A DNA stretch of 64,000 nucleotides from Chrysemys picta bellii (Eukaryota), in assembly GCF_011386835.1 (NCBI RefSeq), contig NC_088793.1, forward strand, positions 101,618,001 to 101,682,000, written 5' to 3'. Of the stretch, positions 1 to 12,346 are shown piece after piece. Numbering within the stretch: position 1 is the stretch's first letter; each line of letters begins with the position of its first letter. Below the pieces are notes generated by a model, which was not told where the DNA came from, did no database searches, and saw only the letters and a list, made by a program, of their open reading frames with translations. A program made the translations under genes and the position numbers.

Positions 1-126
1 GACTTGTACCTGCCTCTATTCCCTGAGGAAGGCAGGTGCATTCGACCCGCACTGGATGGGGCTCACCTTAATTGTGTCACGAGGTACCAAAAGATGGACA
101 AGATTGAGATTGTAGTTTAGAGAAGA

Positions 127-1156
127 CACCCCCCCGTGACCCTCCCCTCCCCCCGGAGTCTGACCTGTACCTCATGGTGGTGGAGGGGGTGTAACATCTG
201 AGGTAGGGGGTTGCTCGTTGGTGCTATGCAATCAGTATCTGGTGTTAGGCAGGGTTGAGTTCTGGCCCCTGCACTCTTTTGTCGAGCAATGGATTTCATA
301 ATGCAGCATTCTGTCAGGTCCATAGGCATTGAAATCAGTGATCTCTCGCTCACGGACCTTCATTATGCTGATGCTCTTCTTTTAGTAAAGAGCCCCGACA
401 GGTTTTGTGAGGCACTCCAGCATATGGAGGAGGAGTCGGCTCAGATTGGCCTCCATGTTTCATGGTCAAAGACAAAACTGCAAAATCTAGGACCAGGTCC
501 AGTGACTCCAATCTCTTTGAACAATGAATCCCTCTAATCAGTTTCCAGCTTTTGGTACCTGGGTTCTATACTTACCTGCTCCTCCAATTCTCACACAGTT
601 TCTCCATCAGATTGGCATTGCAGCATCTGCCATGGGCTGTTTACAACAGATATGGAATCAACATCATCTTGGTATGACAACCAAGTTCAGGATTTATTTG
701 AGTTGTATCCTTGCCATACTGTTATACGGCTGTGAAAAATGGACACTATGCCACTCAGACTGGACAAAGCTGGAGGCTTTCCACACAATGTCAATGTCCT
801 ATATTGGGCATAAATTGGAATGACTTCCTCTGTAATGCAGATGTTTATGGTCACTTGGGTCTACAGACTACTGGGGTCATTGTCCGCAGGTGGTGCCTTA
901 TGCTTTTCAGACGTGTCACAAGGGTGCCACAATATGTTCCAGCGAACGCCATTCCGGGTGGCTTGTAACATCCGGGATAAAATTCCACCAACCGAGAGGT
1001 GGAGGCGGCCCAGAGGCAGACTCCGTATTACATGAGTTCATCAAGTCTGTTCCGATGTTGGACTCTCAGGCCATCAAGCAGTAAACTGTTGCGCAGAAAT
1101 GGACCAAATGGCAAATGATTGCTACAGCCGACTGTCTAGCTAAGCATTGAAGAAGA
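127..1156 (+). mobile_element. RTE-clade LINE, 5'-truncated, frameshifted RT C-terminal fragment, inserted into an older CR1 remnant
   Basis: Broken frames give GVRQG-like, LHYADA, IGLHVSWSKTK, IGIAASAM, TKFRIY, LLYGCEKWTL and ILGINW motifs; GAAGAAGAA tail; 13-bp TSD AGTTTAGAGAAGA at 114-126 and 1157-1169. Confidence 0.8.
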
Positions 1157-1238
1157 AGTTTAGAGAAGAGACACATATGAGGGGTCATGACAGAGGTATA
1201 CAAAATAATGAAAAGTATATAATGCATTTCTAGTTATC

Positions 1239-1439
1239 AAAAAGAACAGGAGTACTTGTGGCACCTTAGAGACTAACAAATTGCTTAAAGCATAAGCTTT
1301 CGTGGGCTTCAGCATCCGAAGAAGTGGGCTGTAGCCCACGAAAGCTTACGCTCTAATAAATTTGTTAGTCTCTAAGGTGCCACAAGTACTCCTGTTCTTT
1401 TTGAGGATACAGACTAACACGGCTGCTACCCTGAAACCT
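1239..1439. mobile_element. Penelope-like element terminal palindrome with hammerhead-like motif
   Basis: Inverted arms AAAAAGAACAGGAGTACTTGTGGCACCTTAGAGACTAACAAAT / ATTTGTTAGTCTCTAAGGTGCCACAAGTACTCCTGTTCTTTTT (1239-1402); core GCAT-CCGAAGA-A-GTGGGCT/AGCCCAC-GAAA-GCTT at 1312-1351. Confidence 0.7.
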
Positions 1440-1707
1440 TCTATTTATCCTTTCTCCCAAGAACAAAGGAACTTTCAGAAAAATTGAAAGGCAGATAATT
1501 TAAAATTGAAAAATAAATTTGTTACACAAATATAACTAACGAGTGGAACTTACTGCCACAAGGATATCATTAGTAGGATTCAAAAAACAATGAGATTCTA
1601 TGGATAATGTGAATATCCTCATTTAAATTAGATATTTTAAAATGGAAGTTTATAAACTCTTGTGCTTTAAGGCATAAGACAACCACTAACTGACCGGTGT
1701 TAGGAAG

Positions 1708-2467
1708 TGTTATGGACCAGGGTGGGGCAGCCAGGCCGAGTAGTTGGAGCATTGGTTCTCAAGACTAGTGATCAAAGGTGGAGTCAGAGGCCAGGAACGG
1801 CACTGAGGGTCAGTGCTGGACTCAGGAGTCAGAGCCGAGGGTCAGAGACAGAGTTGGGAACCAGGAGTCCAAGCTCAGGTTCAGAGCCAGAGACGGGAAT
1901 TATGCAGTGGAGTGGACTGGAACAGGGGAGGAATGAGGCTGGGAACGAGGTCTGAGCAGGACTGAAGCAAGGCAGGCACGGGAGCAATCCTAGCTGCAGG
2001 TGTAACTCTGAGCAGGCACTAGGTTGGTACTGCTGTTGGGCTTTGAACAGTCCTGGTGCATAGGACTGTCAATTAATTGCAGTTAATTCACATGATTAAC
2101 TCAAACTTAATAATCATTAATCAGTTTTCATCATATTGTCAAATAGATTACCAATTGAAATTTATTGAATATTCTTGGATGTTTTTCTACATTTTCAAAT
2201 ATATTGATTTCAATTACAACACAGAATACTATTTGAAAATGTACAAAACATTCAAAACTATTTAAATGGTATTCTATTGTTTAACTGTGCAATTAATCGC
2301 ACAATTAATCACAATTAAATTTTTTTATCACGCAATTATTTTTTTAATAGCTTGACAGCCCTACTGGTGATGCTTGTCAGCCAATCAGTGGGTCTGGTCA
2401 ATTAGGGTGTTCAGCTGTAGGTCAACTAGCAGGTTCCAAGCTTACCTGCAGGCCCTGATTCCTGACA
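1708..2467 (-). repeat. 3' LTR of the Gypsy element (contains a hAT MITE)
   Basis: TG...CA termini; purine-rich PPT (AAAGTGGGGATGGTAC on minus) abuts 2467; internal GGAGTCAGAG motifs recur at 6170-6335 and 2730-3015. Confidence 0.7.
2061..2363. mobile_element. hAT non-autonomous element (short member of the 16579-18241 family)
   Basis: TIR TAGGACTGTCAA / TTGACAGCCCTA; imperfect 8-bp TSD CTGGTGCA / CTGGTGAT; internal sequence matches the ends of 16579-18241. Confidence 0.75.
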
Positions 2468-2479
2468 GTACCATCCCCA

Positions 2480-4233
2480 CTTTGAGGGCACATCCTAGGG
2501 ATCTAGGGGCCTGGCTTCTCTGGATATGTTAGATGGAAGTCCATAGCAGGTCCAAGACCTGGATGTTCTCCAGCAGCTCCCAGCTGTCTGAACAATAGTC
2601 CTCCCATTTTACCAGGTACTGGAGTTTCCCCCTAACTTGCTGGGAGTTAAGAATTCATTGGACCAAATGTTCTTCTAGCTCTTGAACGATTATGGGCGGT
2701 GGCAGTAGCCATTGACTGGGATGAGGGTGGTCTAGTTTTGGATCACAGCAGGCCTCATGGTTGGAGTGGGTGACGGGCCTCATGGTTGAGGTCAGAGACA
2801 CTATCAGTAGTCAGGAGCCAAAGCCAAGGGTCTAACTGGAAGGCAGAAACTGGATACCATAGCTGAGGGTCGACCAGAGTCCATAGTCAGGAGCTCAAAT
2901 TGAAGAGCAGGAACTGGAGCAAGCAGGGTATCAGGCTAGGAGGGGTTCAAGACATGGGCAGGACAGAGGCTCAGGCAAGGCTGGGTAGAAAGCAGCAGCA
3001 GCTGGAACAAGGTAACATCTTGGTTGTGAAGAACTGGATCATTGGAAAAAATGAAGATATCCTTGGGGTAAATAACCACAAATTGGTGTAGCATGTCCCT
3101 AAAGATATCTCGAGTGAGCTGTTGGAAAGTCACTGGAACATTACACAGGCCAAATGGCATATCGAAGTACTCCGTGTCTGTACTATGCCCAAAAGGCGGT
3201 CTTCTATTTGTTTCCTTCTTGAATCCAAACCAGGAATAAGCTCCACAAACGTCTAACTTGGTGAAGACCTTTGCAGAGTGGAGTCTTTTAAAGAGCTCAT
3301 TGACAAGGGGTAATGGGTACCAATTCTGGGTAGTAATGCTTTTTAATGCCTGTTGTTCCACACAAAGCCACAGGGAGCCATCCTTCTTACCAACAAAGAA
3401 AGTAGGAGCCTCTTGGAGGAATGGATTAACCCCTTTTTTTCAGGCTTTCCTGTATATAGCTCTGGAGAGTCTGTAGCTCAGGTTCTGAGAGAGAATAGAT
3501 GCACCCGGTAGATACACCTCTGCTCCAGGCTGAAGGTCAAAGGGACAGCCATAACTGTAGTGAGGTGGCATGATGTCAGCTTTCTTTTTGTCTAACATGT
3601 CAGCAAAGTCTCAGTATTTGGCGGGTACTACTGAAGCTGTTAGGGATGCCACAAGGGTTGCCAAGGATCCTGGGAGACAGGCAGAGCTGTAGAGGATTTC
3701 TGGTCTATGGTTGGATTTTTGAGAGGCAAGTCTTCTGGCAGTATGATGAACTAAAATGCAACATTCCAGACACGACAGTCTGCCACAGGATACGTGGGTC
3801 ACAGGTATATACTGAGGTCAACTGGGGAATGGTGCATACAGATCAATCAAAATGGAAGGCTTTCTCAATGACATGGGACCTGGAAGTGTAGTGACTTCTA
3901 GGGGGGGCAGTTTGTTGAGTGACTGGGCCCAAAGAGAGGTCTGTCAATTGACTGTATCAAGTTGGGGTGGGGGGGACTTTGAACTGGGTGGGGACATTAT
4001 GTGCTTGAGCAAATTCCAAGGCCATAAAATTGCTTAAGGCGCCAGAGTCCACTAGTGCTTCCTGGTTAACCTCCAACATCATGGGGTGCTGTAGCTGTAG
4101 TGGGAGTTGGGCCAAACACACTTCCTACAAGCCATCACCAAAGTACCAGCAAAAATATGTTGGTGTAGGGTCTTGGAGTGAGGAGGCAAATGCCAACCCA
4201 GCCCAGATCCCTCTCTTGTGGCTGGGGCTTGGA
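2480..4233 (-). pseudogene. Gypsy pol remnant (protease, partial RT, chromodomain; RNaseH/integrase largely deleted)
   Basis: DSG protease motif near 4045; RT in ORF 2936-3361 with YLDD decayed to YPKD; chromodomain-like ILNSQQVRGKLQYLVKWEDY at ~2500-2710; stops and frameshifts. Confidence 0.8.
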
Positions 4234-4239
4234 GTTTCC

Positions 4240-6110
4240 CAACCAGGATGCAGATTGTGTCCCAGTTCTTCACTGCATAAGCATAGGCTGTGATGTTATT
4301 GACATAAACTGGGACCATATAGATCATTGTTGCAACCAAGGTCCTGTAGTGGCACCCAAATCTTGTATAAAGGGGGGCAAATGGGGTGTGTAAGACAAGG
4401 TTATGGTTTACTGGTTATGATTATGCTGTCTAGATGTGTGTATCAGTTTTGTAGTTAAAGTTATGAATATTGGCTCTATACTGTATACTGTATGGCAAAC
4501 TTATGCTATGCTTCTAGGTGACATCCCAGACAAGCTGGGATTAGCTCTGCCTAGCCAGCTTGATGGCCCATTAAGGACCATCAGCTATACAATGGACCCA
4601 TTGAGAGAAGGCAAATATGCCTTCAGACTCAGCAAAGTATGCAAGAACTGGCCCATGTGACTCAAGACTCCATCTTGCTGTAACTTTCCACAGTAAGAAC
4701 AAAGGTGTTCTTACACCTAGAAAAGACTATATAAGGCTGATGCCTCATCTCCATTTTGTCTTCAATCCTGCTTCTTACCTCTGGAGGGACTTTGCTACAA
4801 ACTGAAGCTCTGAACAAAGGACTGAGGACCCATCCCAGCTGGGGATGTATTCCAGAGACTTGATTTGAACCTGCAGTTTATTCTATCGCGGCTGCAAGCC
4901 TGAACCAAGAACTTTGCCATTACTGTATGTAATTGATTCCATTTAACCAATTCTAACTCTCATCTCTATCTTTTTCCTTTTATGAATAAACCTTTAGATT
5001 TTAAAGGATTGGCAACAGCGTGATTTGTGGGTAAGATCTGATTTGTATATTGACCTGGGTCTGGGGCTTGGTCCTTTGGGATCAGGAGAACCTTTTTTCT
5101 TTTATTTGGGTATTGGTTTTCATAACCATTTGTCCCCATAACGAGTGGTACTGGTGGTGATACTGGGAAACTGGAGTGTCTAAGGAAATTGCTTGTGAGA
5201 CTTACCGTTAGCCAGTGGAGTGGGACCGAAGTCCTCTTAGTCTGGCTGGTTTTGTTTGCCTTAGAGGTGGAAAAAACCCAGCCTTGGGCTGTAACTACCC
5301 TGTTTGAGCAATTTGTCCTGAGTTGGCACTCTGTTGGGTTCCGCCAGAACCGCATCGTCACATAGGCCCAACACTTGTTTTTCTCCAACTTGGAGAGGTG
5401 AGGCCAGGCTTGGTCGAGCTGCATGGGTTCAGGCTGTGGGGAGGGTGCAGATGGTTGGCGCACCAGAGACCGCAAGACTAGTAGGGGTCGGGAAGTTGAC
5501 CTTCTTTCTTGGTTTCTTTCTATCAGGCAGTTGTCAATTTTAATGCACAGTTTAATTAGGGTGTCCAGAGTGGTTGGACGCTCCACCAGTGCCAGCTTCT
5601 CTTTGAACTCATCTAGGTCAAGCCAGTAGTGATAGTGCTGCATGGCCTCATTCCATTTGGTGTCTGTTCTCAGGCATTGAAATGCCATGGCATAACTAGC
5701 AGTTGGCTGGCACCCCTCCCGCAACATCTGGAGTGCAGCCACTGCTGTGTGCATGTGACTTGGGTCACCAAAAAGCAATGCTGTGGCTTGAACAAAATTC
5801 TCAGACTGGTCCAGGAGAGGGCTAGATTTCTCCAAGAGTGGACAGGCCTGGGCCAAGGCCTCCCCAGTCAGAGGGGTGATAAGTCCCACATGGGACTTGG
5901 TTCATGGGGAATGACTATGGATGCAACAGAAATAGGAGCCAGCACTAATTCAGCAACCCAAAGAATTTACCGCAGCTGCTGGCATACTTGTCCAGCTGGG
6001 GAATTTTGGGTTCTTGAGTGGCCTGTTGGAGTTGTGGGCAGCATAGCCTGTGTCCGTAGTGCCACACTTTGTGGCTGCAGGACCACAACCTGAGTCTGCA
6101 GGTTCTGCAA
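4240..6110 (-). pseudogene. Gypsy gag remnant interrupted by a solo LTR
   Basis: ORF 4966-5889 carries capsid-like LLFGDP..A..AL..LREG...YA..F and PEPMQL; degenerate zinc knuckle (LCLCSEELGH) resumes at 4288 after removing the LTR. Confidence 0.75.
4289..5362. mobile_element. Solo LTR (1074 bp) of a second LTR element
   Basis: TGTGATG...CGTCACA termini; perfect 5-bp TSD TAGGC at 4284-4288 and 5363-5367; AATAAA at 4986. Confidence 0.85.
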
Positions 6111-6335
6111 GAAGCCCACCTGTCCCTTCTCTCTTTCAAAGGGTTGCTGTTCAAACAGTCACAGACTGGGTTACGGGTGATGAGGCCTAGTGATCGGAGC
6201 AGTGGGAGTCATACCTAGTGGTCAGAGTCAGAAGCCAGGAACAGCACCAAGGGTCTGAGCTGGTGTCAGGAATCAGGAGTCAGAGCTGAAGGTCAGAGCC
6301 GGAGTCAGGAACCAAGCAGGGGTGGAGTGGGCTCA

Positions 6336-6517
6336 CCATCGACTCCGGAACTCCACCAGAGCGAGCGGTGGTAGCGCAGTCGACGGAGCCGCGGCCATCA
6401 ATCCCGCGCCATCTGGACCCCAGGTAATTCGATCCAAGATACTTTGACTTCAGCTACGGGAATTGCGTATCTTGGATCGATTTCACACACACCCCTCCCC
6501 CCCAGTGTAGACCAGCC
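6336..6517. mobile_element. PIF/Harbinger-type MITE, right-end fragment
   Basis: Ends AGTGTAGACCAGCC; CpG-rich; similar to 42163-42413. Confidence 0.55.
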
Positions 6518-9500
6518 AGTACTGTGGAGCTGTGACCCCAGAGCATGAGCCTGGGAACCCTACAGGACGGGTCCTGGAGCCTGGTAGTTAGCAGAGCAGT
6601 TCACACGTCCGCCCTCTTCTGTCTCCAGTATTTTTAATTAGAGTTGTCTTCTGTCTTCTCATCCTAGTCTTCTAGGCAGTTCTACAATTTTATTGTTTCC
6701 TAGGGGATATCAAGAATCTTAAGATTCTCAACACTACCTTATTCATTTTTACAATAAAGTGTTCATTAGAGTCTGAAATTAGAGTCTAATGTCTCTTGTA
6801 TCAAAGATGAGAAAAAACCTTTCCAAATATGTTATGCTTATGTAAATACAGCAGAGTGACAATGTTACTTAACCTGTGAGCTCTTCAGGATAGACACTAT
6901 TTTTTGTTAGGTGTTTGTGCCTAGCACTGTGGAGCCTTGATCCCTGATTGGAGCCCTTAGGTGCTACCACAATACAATCGTACTCAGAGGAAGTTCAAAA
7001 AATTTAGAAGAAAAACCCAAACGAAAAAAAATTAGCTGAAGTTCTGATATCAATACTCATTCCACATCACTCTTCCATCTTGTTGACTGTTTCAGACCCG
7101 GTGCCCTCTCTTCAATTAACTGAAACAATGTGATAGTGTTTAGTCTTATTTATTAAAGCATGCCAGAGAGGAGTCATCCCAGAGGTGGAACAAAGTAGAT
7201 TGGCAGGGCTTAGGTGCGGTCTTTATGCCAGCTATTTGGAATTCAGTTGAACAGAGATAGGTGCTTTTTGATATTTTTATACATTAAAAATGGCACTCTC
7301 ATGTATCTGCTATCATACGCTACATAAATTCTGTATGCATGCTGACTGTGGGTTTAATATTTCATTTTGATTAGCCATGATTTTAATGCTGCTATTTGTA
7401 TTGTTTTATTTCTCTTACAGTTGAAATATTCAGGATGACCCAGTATTATCCACTAGATGGCACAACAGTGACATTTTACTGATCTCCTCTGCTAGCTGAA
7501 GATCTTGGGCTTGATTTTGATCTCACATTGGTTTTACACCAATATAACTCTACTGATTTCAGTACCATCACTCCTGATTCAGAGACTCAGCTGAGATCAG
7601 AACCCCTTCTCTCAAAGCAATATACCTACCAGTATTTTGTTTTGGATTTGTATTTATGATCAAAAATGTCCTTTTCAGAGAATAAACTTTGGAATTTGAG
7701 GGACAATTTACTTTGATTCACAGCATATGGACAGCTCTGTCTACTTTTCATGTCTTCTGATGGTAGTGTGTGATGCCTATGCTATAAAGCAGAGGCTCCT
7801 AAACTGTGGTTTCCAGGCTGTCAGTGGCCCATGGAGATCTTCCGAGTGAGCACAGGGTGCTGGCTTCTCCTCCTCCTTATCTCCAGCAGCTATTTTATGT
7901 TACAAGACTGATAAAGATACATTAAATATTTACCTAATATTATTCTTCCTTTTAACCAACTGTTGTTGTTGCCCCAATGATGTCACAGGATGGGAGGAGA
8001 GGTAGATCACAAAACAAACCCAATCGCCCCAAGAGGGGGGGGGGGGGGGGGAACAAATGCTTCTGAGCAATACCATCTGTCAGACTGTCTCATCAATTTA
8101 TTGCTAGAGCTTCCAGCTGTGTAGCATTTGGGTGCTGAGTTCAGGGTTAATTAACTGTCTGATTATGTACCATTTTCACTGATCCTCTTGAGGCAAAATC
8201 ATGTTTCATGTGCCCATATTAGGCAGAGAAAAACTAAGAGGAAAAACAAGGGGAGGGGGGCTGATTTTCAGAGGTACTAGTCCCCAAAATTCTTTTTGAA
8301 GTCAATGGACGGTGTGGGTACTCTGAATCTCTGAAATTCAGACCCTAGGCCATTCTGTATTCCTCCTTATTGTGGGAAAGGCTGCATGAAGAAGTGTGTC
8401 TTTCCCAGTGTCCAAAATGAGGATGATTATTCCATACATTATTCCATGTATGATGTTCTGAAAGTGAACTGGAAACAGAGTAATGTGCTTTTGAACTGAT
8501 CAGACTCTGCTGCGCAGACTGGTCATGCAAAGTTTCATTGACCATTCTGCAGTACAAAACTCTGAGTGCTTGTTAGAGGTCTCCAGGATTGATCAGTCAC
8601 AGCCCTCTTATCCAAGGAGGGCTGTCATTGGCCCATGAGTACTGAAGTATCATACAAGGGTGTGTGGCCCATCCCCTTCCACCTTCTTCCTCCCCCCGCC
8701 CCCCATTCTAAAGTCTCCTGCCAGCCAGGAAGGCTGGCAGCCCTTTCTGTAATACATATGGTTCACAGCTGTTTGCCCACATTGTTAGTGAACACTTTCT
8801 TTATAGAGCTTCAGTGATACAGAGGGCCTTGTGTACCAGCGTGAATTTTATCCTCTAATTACGCATCTTTTATCTTCAATTTTGAACAATAAAATTAATG
8901 ATAAATGCATGAAATGATAAACTGTATAGCAGATGTTTCCAAGGCAGTTTTTATTAGTGTGGCTCATCAGAATGAATAACAATTATTTATTTATTTGTAT
9001 TAAAGTAGTGCCTAATGAAATCTGAGCGTGCTAGGCTCTGTACAAACATATGGTGGAAGATGGTCCCTAGCCCAAACAGTTTACAAGCTAATTACATGTA
9101 TTGCAAAAACACCTAAACAAATTTACACTCCATAGTGTTTTGCATATTATTTAGAGTGGGACTTAATCTTCAACAGCAGCAGAGTTAGGCCAATGCTGGG
9201 TGCTTTCAAAAATCCCACACTATATTCTTAATTCTGTGCTCAAGTATCCTTCAATCTCCCTACCTTGCCCATCCTCTAGTTTGTCTCATCCATGTGTTGT
9301 ATCATATCTATTAAAACACAAGTTCTTTGGGTGGGTAGGGACTGTCACTTACTGTTTAACTGCATAGTGCCCTAGCACAATGCAGCCCCACTCTGAGACT
9401 TCTAATTTTTCTTCATCATTCTAAAAAATCACTATGACTTTATATTTCACTTTTACTTTATTTCACCTTAAAAAAAGAAAAACCACACATAGTTTTAAGA

Positions 9501-11019
9501 GATGAAGAGTAGAAAGGTGATCTGGGGTAACTGGCAGACAAGGATTTAGATGTTGTACAAACACAACATCTAGACAGATTTTCAGTCTGAAATAAATTCA
9601 GTTTTCAACAGTCACCAGTTATTTCAATTTTAGGAGTTATTTGCACTGCTTCTTAAGCAAAGATAAAAGCTGGCATAAATCACAGGGTTCACAGAGAATT
9701 TATAATTAACAAAATTACCAGCCCACAAGCATCAGCAGGACTTTCAGATCAAGAACATACATCTATTATGTTGAAAATGGTGATCAAAACCACAGAAAAT
9801 CTCCCCTGGATACTAACAGAGCTTTACTTTCTCTCCTTTCGCTATTACCTGTTGTGTTTTTTGTGATTGCGACTGGGTTTTGATTGTAATACATCTGCTA
9901 ATTCAAGTCTGTTGTTCAGCTAGCACAAACATTTTAAAATAAAGAACTAGCCAGTGGATCCTGACATTGTGGCTGTATGGATATTTCCTGAGCTCTGGGC
10001 TTCCCCAGTATTTATGTCTCAGAATGTACCATAGTTTTCAAACACTGAATCTTGCAAGATTTACCTATGGAGTTGCAGAAAAGTGGTGTTCTGTGACCTA
10101 CTGTGGTAGGAACCAGTGAAGAGGCTACAGGTGGCTGCTGCTAAAAGGGGCAGGATGAAGTGGGCTACCTGCCTATCCCAGTCAAAAGGCTGTGCCATGA
10201 GAGGGGGGGATAGATAAAACGTTATTTATTCAACTGACTACTAAAAGTCAGTTGCGATCCTATCCTATCTGTAGCCAAGTACGTCGTCCCATTCCTATGT
10301 GTAGCCAAGTACATTTTCTCGCAGTGGCTGTAAGCCACTGATGAAGTTGGTTAAAGACTTGAGTCAGTTAGACATTTATAAAATAATGTCTCATGCTCTC
10401 ATTAATGATTTGGATATAAGCAGGCGGCACAGTTTTTCCGTTGGTATGATGCTAATTTTTCTCTGCCGAATCCGTGACACTGTTGTGTGTTGTTTGTTAC
10501 TTCCTTTACCCCCAGACTGGAGTTAGCAGTGGCTCTTAAGGTAGAGGGATGTATGGCTTGGGACAGAGAATTCCTACAGGGAGAGCCCTGAGAACTGCCA
10601 AGCCGGGGGAGAAGGTTTGGACTGAAATTTATTATTAATTTCTTGTTAATAACCTTAGGCCTCAGGAAGAGGGAGAGTTTCACCCTATACAGACTGAAGC
10701 AGGCAGGGAAGATCTGCCACGGAAATTGAATTAAAAAAAAGAAGTTATTTTGGAATTTGTAAATTGAACTTTTAGAAGTTTTTATTAACAAAATCCTAGT
10801 TAGTTCCTGTGATACACAGTTAACTTGCCTGCTACAGTAAAATCAATGGCATGCTCCTACTTCACTTACAATTTAGCAAACCAGATAATAAGCAGTTATT
10901 GTTATTATAGAGGAATGTTGCAAACTAACAAATATTTCTCATTCACAACTGGCTTGTCCAGGGCTTCTGTAGCAAGTGTTTGAAATCCAGATCCCTTGCT
11001 GCCAGTAGGAAATATCTTA

Positions 11020-11133
11020 GGGCATGTCTACATGCGAGGTTTACGGGAATTGATATTGCAGAATAACAAGCTATTGCACTTTAAATTCACACCTTATTTT
11101 AAACCAAAATAACTTTCAAGTATAGACAAGCCC
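11020..11133. mobile_element. Old Harbinger-type MITE (pre-dates the array; copies at 26098, 27820, ~38985, ~50270)
   Basis: TIR GGGCATGTCTACA / TATAGACAAGCCC with TTA TSD. Confidence 0.65.
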
Positions 11134-11177
11134 TTAGAATATTGCTGTGACACAGGAGATTGTTCTTTCTCCTGTAA

Positions 11178-11366
11178 TAATGGAGATATCCCATCTCCTA
11201 GAACTGGAAGGGACCTTGAAAGGTCATCAAGTCCAGCCCCCTGCCTTCACTAGCAGGACCAAGTACTTATTTTGCCCCAGATCCCCAAGTGGCCCCCTCA
11301 AGGATTGAACTCACAACCCTGGGTTTAGCAGGCCAATGCTCAAACCACTAAGCTATCCCTCCCCCC
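11178..11366 (-). mobile_element. tRNA-derived SINE with CR1-like 3' end (tortoise polIII/SINE type)
   Basis: Minus strand A box TAGCTTAGTGG, B box GAGTTCAATCC, tail GATGACCTTTCAAGGTCCCTTCCAGTTCTAG; empty site CCTGTAATGGAAAGG in the other units. Confidence 0.85.
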
Positions 11367-12346
11367 TGGAAAGGACAGTTTTTTCTCAAAATAGCAGAGG
11401 TCCCATTAAATTCAATGGGAGTTTTACCATTGAATTCACTTGTATCTGGATTTCACGTTAGGTTATTGTTTTCTTTTAGTGTCTGTTATTACTAGAACCC
11501 TCCCTCGTGTGAGGAATCCTTGTGCACATGAAAGAGTCTTATTTCTACTCAGTACTTCCCCAAGAGAAAGTTTGGTTTTGTGGTTAAGGCACAGAAATGG
11601 ACATTTCCTGTGTGAATATGGGTAAGTCAGTGCTGGCTTATTTTTGCTCCCATTAAAAGTCAATGGGAGTTTTACCTCCAGTTTAAAAAGTAGCAGGATT
11701 GGGTCCTTGATCTCTTTGGTTGGGTTTTTTAAAGGTGCCTAAGAGAGTTAAAAATCCATCTCTCTTTGAAATTCATAATTCTTATCCATTAAATGAGGAT
11801 AATAATATCCATTCCATATGGATGTTGGGGGACTTAATTCAGTAGCATATGAAAATAATTTGAATACCCATAGGCTGAGAGTAATATAAATATTAATATT
11901 TTATACTTATATATTACTGATTTGGTAAATGATACCATATAGGTTTTAAAGTGATGGAAAAACATTTCTGTTTTGAGTATTGCTGGTACTTCCTAACACA
12001 TAGAGATGAATTTCACTGAAAACAAATATTTTTGATCTTTCTTTTTTTGCCTTTGTTTAATTCCGGATGGCCATTTTATCTTCTAAGTGACACAATTACA
12101 ACCAATGGATATTGCTCTATTATTATTTCATAGCATAATCTAGTATTAAATTAACAGTCTCTGTAAATAAATTGTCTTGATATGATGTGATAAACCAGTT
12201 TTTCACAATGATAAAAAGCTATACAAAGTCTAATATCAAGATGACAATATTTCATCCAGAAAAAGAAATACACAGCCAGATTTTATGAACAGGGCAACGT
12301 CTGTGAAATGTGAGGTGAGTAGCTCTGTGCAGGATTGGATAGGTTT

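Larger units (their letters stand above)
1708..6335 (-). mobile_element. Decayed Ty3/Gypsy chromovirus (sushi/PEG10-like) LTR retrotransposon
   Basis: Minus-strand order: LTR fragment (~6170-6335), gag, GGGAAAC slippery site, protease LVDSGA, RT (YPLPLV, FTKLD, MPFGL), chromodomain (QYLVKWEDY), PPT, LTR 1708-2467. Confidence 0.85.

Noticed and set aside
1740-2000. CRISPR-like or tandem array
   Set aside because: Degenerate LTR sub-repeats without constant repeat/spacer lengths; eukaryotic context
4966-5889. 307-aa ORF as a host or domesticated gene
   Set aside because: It is gag read into a solo LTR delimited by a TSD; the rest of the element is decayed
8035-8052. 18-nt poly-G tract as a functional G-quadruplex
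   Set aside because: Homologous sites in the other units have only short G runs; simple homopolymer expansion or sequencing noise
10402-10791. Recurring short ORFs in several units (e.g. INKKLIINFSPNLLP, MTFNGSKNKP, MVRVLKKIYP) as a conserved small gene
   Set aside because: Recurrence follows from the duplication; frames are broken by indels, deletions and MITEs in other units
11178-11366. tRNA gene
   Set aside because: A and B boxes are fused to a CR1-type tail with no complete cloverleaf; it is a SINE (same for 36339-36497)
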